From: Octopus sinensis
Lineage: Eukaryota
NCBI RefSeq assembly: GCF_006345805.1
Contig: NW_021825726.1
Location: 1 to 14,765, forward strand
Direction: 5' to 3'
DNA: 14,765 nucleotides
Part shown: piece after piece, positions 10,600-14,765 of the stretch
Numbering within the stretch: position 1 is the first letter of the stretch
Layout of the letters: each line of letters begins with the position of its first letter
The notes under the pieces: model-generated
Told to the model about the DNA's origin: nothing
Database searches by the model: none
The model's input: the letters and a program-made list of their open reading frames with translations, nothing else
Translations under genes and position numbers: made by a program

Positions 10600-10940
10600 G
10601 TGGTTGCCCATACAAATGCGTATATAATATATACACATACATATATTCATATACATACACACACACACACGCATATATCGTATATGCATAAATACACATA
10701 TACATACACATACATGCGTACGTATATGTACATACATGCGTAAACACGCACACACTCACGCACATGCTTCCTAGATAGGTATAAAGGTAGAAACACCTAT
10801 AATTCTAGTGATATAGGAAATACAAGAGAGAGAGAGGGGGAATTTGAAAGAGAGGAGGGAGGAGGTAGGAGGGAGTGAGAGCGAGAGGAGAGGTGAGAGA
10901 TGGGGTAGGAAGAGAGAAAGAGGAGGCGAAGGAGGAGGAA
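10600..10940. repeat. CA/TA-rich low-complexity tract and polypurine GA-rich tract
   Basis: Direct reading of the sequence. Confidence 0.85.
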
Positions 10941-11028
10941 ATATAAGTGATAATACAGTGTGTACCTATGAGCTTCGAGGTTCGTCTTTTTATTCGTCTT
11001 AAAACAATCTCAACATTCATTGTTAAGC

Positions 11029-11252
11029 CTTTTACTTGTTCCAGTCATTAGACTGTGGCCATGCTGGAGCACCGCCTTTAGTCGAACAAATTGACCACCA
11101 GGACTAATTCTTCGTAAGCCTAGTACTTATTCTATCTATCGGTCTTCTTTTGCCGAACCGCTAAGTTACGGGAACGTAAACACACCAGCATCAATTGTCA
11201 AGCGATGGTGGGGGTACAAATATACACAGGCACACAGACACAGACACACACA

Positions 11253-11316
<64 letters not shown>

Positions 11317-11447
11317 CGACGGGCTTCTTTCAGTTTCCGTCTGCCAAATCCACTCACAAGGCTTTGGTCGGCCCGAGGCTACAGTAGAAGATACTTGTGC
11401 CACGTAGTGAGACTACCCGGAACTATATGGTTGGTAAGCAAGCTACT
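11029..11447 (-). mobile_element. Near full-length OR-like CORE-SINE (head, core, central microsatellite, tail)
   Basis: Head/core at 11317-11447 (extreme 5' end missing), (CA)/(TA) at 11220-11316. The tail ends ...GGCGGTGCTCCAGCATGGCCACAGTCTAATGACTGGAACAAGTAAAAG on the minus strand. Confidence 0.9.
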
Positions 11448-11938
11448 ATATTTCAAAAATTTTGCCATAAAGGCACGATACAGAGTAGCTTGCGGGTTGG
11501 ACAAAGACATTGATGAGGTGAATGATGATAAGGATGATATTAATGGGAGAAGACAAAAAACGCCCGCCCATCCTTTGCTTCTCTAAAACATTATTCTCTT
11601 CTTTTTTTCACAGAAAAAAACAACAAAACGTAGTAATGAACATCTTGCTTCAGTTTCACAATTTGGGGACTAATAAGTCCATTTAAGAACTGGGGCGTTA
11701 AGCCCCTTAAACACAATAACATGCAATAACATTATAAACATTATAACACTGAGGGTTTTCAACCTCTTGTCATTATTCCTCCCCGACATCGCTTGTGCCC
11801 GTATACTTCACCATCACCCACGCCTCATTCAAGACCAAGGCGGGATCCGAGCCGGCGTCGCTCGGCCACAAGCGATATTCCTCGTTGAATCCCTGCAGCC
11901 TACACCCCACAGCCACCGTTATGACCTTCACAGCTATC

Positions 11939-12478
11939 TGCCGATTTTTAAAGGAAAGAAAAAGGTCAATAAATGCTTGCCATTACATTTTTAATCAACC
12001 AAATATGAACCATTTTGTTGCACAATGCGTCTCCATATTTCCTTTAACTTGAAAATACCCTCTTCCCCAGAACTGAGGTGGTTTCATGGCAAAGAATTCA
12101 TCAAGGTATCTTTTTACGTCATCCAAGGAATTGAAATTTTTACCATTAAGACTATTCTGCAGGGAAATAAATAGGTGGAAATCTGAAGAAGCGATATCTG
12201 GTGAATATAGAGGGTGGGGTAACACACCCCAGCCGAGCTGCAGCAACTTTTCCCAAAGCATCAAGTGCCGAAAATGAACTTTCTTAAATTCCTTTTTAAA
12301 GGGTTACAGAATTAACACAGGTTATAGGAACATAAACTTTCTTCCACATAAAGATAGCTTAAACTGTGCTGTAAATGGAGGTGTAGTCAAATCCTATTTT
12401 ATGGACTCAACCATGTTCTAAAATAAGTCGAAAGTTAAGCTACTATAAATCGGCACGAACTTTCCGGACAACCCAATA
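11939..12478 (-). mobile_element. Internally deleted mariner (Tc1/mariner, DD34D) element
   Basis: 5' TIR TTGGGTTGTCCGGAAAGTTCGTGCCGATTT at 12476-12447, flanked by a TA tract. Only the inner 9 nt of the 3' TIR (AAATCGGCA, 11947-11939) remain. Confidence 0.92.
11991..12294 (-). pseudogene. Mariner transposase remnant (N-terminal ~15 codons fused to C-terminal domain)
   Basis: KEFKKVHFRHLMLWE|KLLQLGWGVLPHPLYSPDIASSDFHLF..., versus the canonical YSPDLAPSDFHLF motif. A +1 G frameshift near 12066, then EEGIFKLKEIWRRIVQQNGSYLVD* (stop at 11993-11991). The expected start codon reads AAG. Confidence 0.92.
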
Positions 12479-12496
12479 TATATATATATATATATA

Positions 12497-12922
12497 TCTT
12501 GGTTTCAGTCATTTGATTGCGGCCATGCTAGGGCATAGCCTTCGAGAATTTTAGTGGAACGGATCGACCCCAGTACTTATTACTTGAATCCTGCTACTTA
12601 TTTTGTCCGTTTCTTTCTCGAACCACTAAGTTACGGGGGTCATAAACATGCCTGCACTAGTTGCCATGCGGTGGTAACGAACAAACACGCACACAGACTC
12701 ACGCACATACACTCACACACGCACACATACAAACACACACTCACACACACACATGAGGGGCTTCTTTCAGTTTCCGACTACCAAATCCACTCACAAGGCT
12801 TTGGTCGGCCCGAGGCTATTGTAAAAAAAGAAGACCCTTGCCCAAAGTGCCACGCAGTGGGACTGAACCCGGAACCATGTGGTTTGGAAGCAAACTTCAT
12901 GCCGCACAGACACACCTACGCC
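12497..12922 (-). mobile_element. Full-length diverged OR-like CORE-SINE
   Basis: Head/core at 12758-12922, CA-rich centre at 12680-12752, tail at 12497-12680 homologous to 11029-11215. Confidence 0.88.
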
Positions 12923-13104
12923 TCTGTGTGTATGTGTGTGTGTGTGTGTGTGTGGTGTGTACACTTGTGAGCGGGTTGCTTTCTGTGTGACTTTCCAAAT
13001 CCACGTCTCCTCCGTGCAGACGTTTTTGTCAGGAGACACTGCTTTGCTAGATCAATTACTTTCGCTGCAGCGTGTAAAACATCACGTTTCTTCGATGCAG
13101 AATT

Positions 13105-13108
13105 CACA

Positions 13109-13183
<75 letters not shown>

Positions 13184-13190
13184 ACACACA
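13105..13190. repeat. (CA)n microsatellite
   Basis: Direct reading of the sequence. Confidence 0.95.
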
Positions 13191-13368
13191 CTCCTCGTCA
13201 TCATTATGTAATTTTGTTTGTACGTGTGTATATCCTGGTTTCAGCATAGTCACACAGCGTCCCTGCGTGCCGAAAGACGCAGTTGAAAAGTTTAGTGACG
13301 AGGACATCCGGCTACAGAATACTTCCCCAGAAAAAAAACATTCAACAGATCTCAACATGAAAAAGAGG

Positions 13369-13369
<1 letters not shown>

Positions 13370-13401
<32 letters not shown>

Positions 13402-13450
13402 TGTATGTATGTATGTATGTATGTATGTATGTATGTATGTATGTATGTAT
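13370..13450. repeat. (TATG)n microsatellite
   Basis: Direct reading of the sequence. Confidence 0.95.
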
Positions 13451-13460
13451 GGGAGGTGAC

Positions 13461-13559
13461 TAGTCGATTACATCAATCCAAGTGCATAACTAGTACTTAA
13501 TTTATCAACCCCGAAAGAATGAAGGGCAAAGTCGACCTCGGCGGAATTTGAACTGAGAA
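13461..13559 (-). mobile_element. OK-like SINE internal fragment
   Basis: AGTCGATTACATC...CCCCGAAAGAATGAAGGGCAAAGTCGACCTCGGCGGAATTTGAACT is the reverse complement of the SINE body. Confidence 0.88.
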
Positions 13560-13594
13560 AGGATGATGAATGAATAATGATAATAATAATAATG

Positions 13595-13774
13595 ATGTGG
13601 CATCTCTAAGCAACTACAGTACCAGTGATTGTAGGATCTCTAGGAATGATAAAAAAAGAAAAAGGTACTGAAACTTATTTGAAAATGATACCAGGCTTAA
13701 CATCCCTACAGGAAGTGCAAAAAATCGTGTTCACTGGAACGACTCATGTACTGAGAAGAGCATTATCGCTGTGA
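13595..13774 (+). pseudogene. C-terminal end of an RLE-type non-LTR retrotransposon ORF (R4/Dong-like)
   Basis: Translates MWHL*ATTVPVIVGSLGMIKKEKGTETYLKMIPGLTSLQEVQKIVFTGTTHVLRRALSL*. This matches the W..K...P.IVGALG / QK..L.GT.H.LR pattern at the end of R4/Dong-type ORFs. One in-frame stop (13607-13609). Preceded by a (TAA)n tract. Confidence 0.8.
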
Positions 13775-13807
13775 AAACAACATCCATTCATGAATTTATT
13801 TATTAAT

Positions 13808-14026
13808 TATTTCCACAAAGGGATAAACACAGAGAGGACAAACAAGGACAGACAAACGGATAAAGTCGATTATATCGACCCAAGTGCGTAACTGGTACTT
13901 ATTTAATCGACCCCGAAAGGATGAAAGGCAATGTCGACCTCGACGGAATTTGAACTCACAATGTAACGGTAGACGAAATACGGCTACGTATTTCGCCCGG
14001 CGTATTAACGTTTCTGCCAGCTCGCC
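13808..14026 (-). mobile_element. OK-like SINE monomer
   Basis: Reverse complement of GGCGAGCTGGCAGAAACG... through the body, with a small deletion near the 3' end. Confidence 0.9.
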
Positions 14027-14166
14027 CTCTCGAGAAAGAAACAATATTAGAATGTATAAATTAATGTTTATTTTACCGCAAGTTTTGGAAAAATCCTCTC
14101 AAAAACTGAGGTGAAAAATGCGAAAGGACTTTCTGTCCAACGTAATATAGGGTGTCAATATTTGAA

Positions 14167-14765
14167 GGCGGCGAGCTGGCAGATATGTTAGCACGCCGGG
14201 CGAAATGCTTAGCGGCATTTCGTCTGCCGCTATGTTCTGAGTTCAAATTCCGCGGAGGTCGACTTTACCTCTCATCCTTTCGGGGTCGATTAAATAAGTA
14301 TCAGTTACGCACTGGGGTCGATATAATCGACTTAATCCGCTTGCCTGTCCTTGTTTGTCCTCTCTGTGTTTAGCCCCTTGTGCGTAGTAAAGAAATAGGT
14401 ATTTTGTCTGCCTTTACTTTCTGAGTTCAAATTACGCCGAGGTCGACTTTGCCTTTCATCCTTTCGGGGTCGATTTGATAAGTACCAGTCACGCACTGGG
14501 GTCGATATAATCGACTTAATCCGCTTGCCTGTCCTTGTTTGTCCTCTCTGTGTTTAGCCCCTTATGGGTAGTAAAGAAATAGATATTTCGTCTGCCGTTA
14601 CTTTCTGAGTTCAAATTACGCCGAGGTCGACTTTGCCTTTCATCATTTCGGGTTCGATTAAATAATTACCTGTTACGCACTGGGGTCGATGTAATCGATT
14701 TAGTCCTTTGTCTGTCCTTGTTTAGCCCCTTGTGCGTAGTAAAGAAATAGGTATTTTGTCTGCCG
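14167..14765 (+). mobile_element. OK-like SINE, head + at least 3 tandem bodies, running off the window
   Basis: Head at 14167. The GTCTGCC landmark recurs at about 14221, 14405, 14589 and 14757 (periods 184, 184, 168). Confidence 0.92.

Noticed and set aside
10084-10765. HTYI/MYVC ORFs
   Set aside because: (CATA)n artefacts.
11839-11900. HDV-like ribozyme (TTCCTCG loop, GGGA/TCCC pairing)
   Set aside because: P3 has a mismatch, P1 is one base short and the P1.1 GG is missing.
4618-12922. All four OR-like heads lie on the minus strand
   Set aside because: n=4 is too small, and a plus-strand fragment exists at 7737.
14167-14765. CRISPR-like or satellite array
   Set aside because: There are no unique spacers and the units are SINE bodies in eukaryotic DNA. 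No CTGANGA hammerhead core was found on either strand of the unit.

Overview
AT-rich, microsatellite-dense animal genomic DNA. The repeat families strongly resemble those of Octopus (recalled from the octopus OK/OR SINE literature, not from a database search). No intact protein-coding gene is supportable, and nearly all ORFs in the track are simple-repeat artefacts. The window contains: (i) about 7 loci of one tRNA-derived SINE (OK-like), three of them head+(body)n multimers with a fixed junction; (ii) 4 minus-strand copies plus 1 plus-strand fragment of a CORE-type SINE with a central microsatellite (OR-like); (iii) one MetaSINE-like element; (iv) an internally deleted mariner with one intact TIR; (v) the C-terminal end of an R4/Dong-like RLE retrotransposon ORF next to a (TAA)n tract; (vi) many simple and compound repeats. 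The most notable observation is the SINE multimer: six junctions at the same position in three loci, one insertion flanked by a single TSD pair, and a 93/94-nt identical variant unit shared by loci about 12 kb apart.
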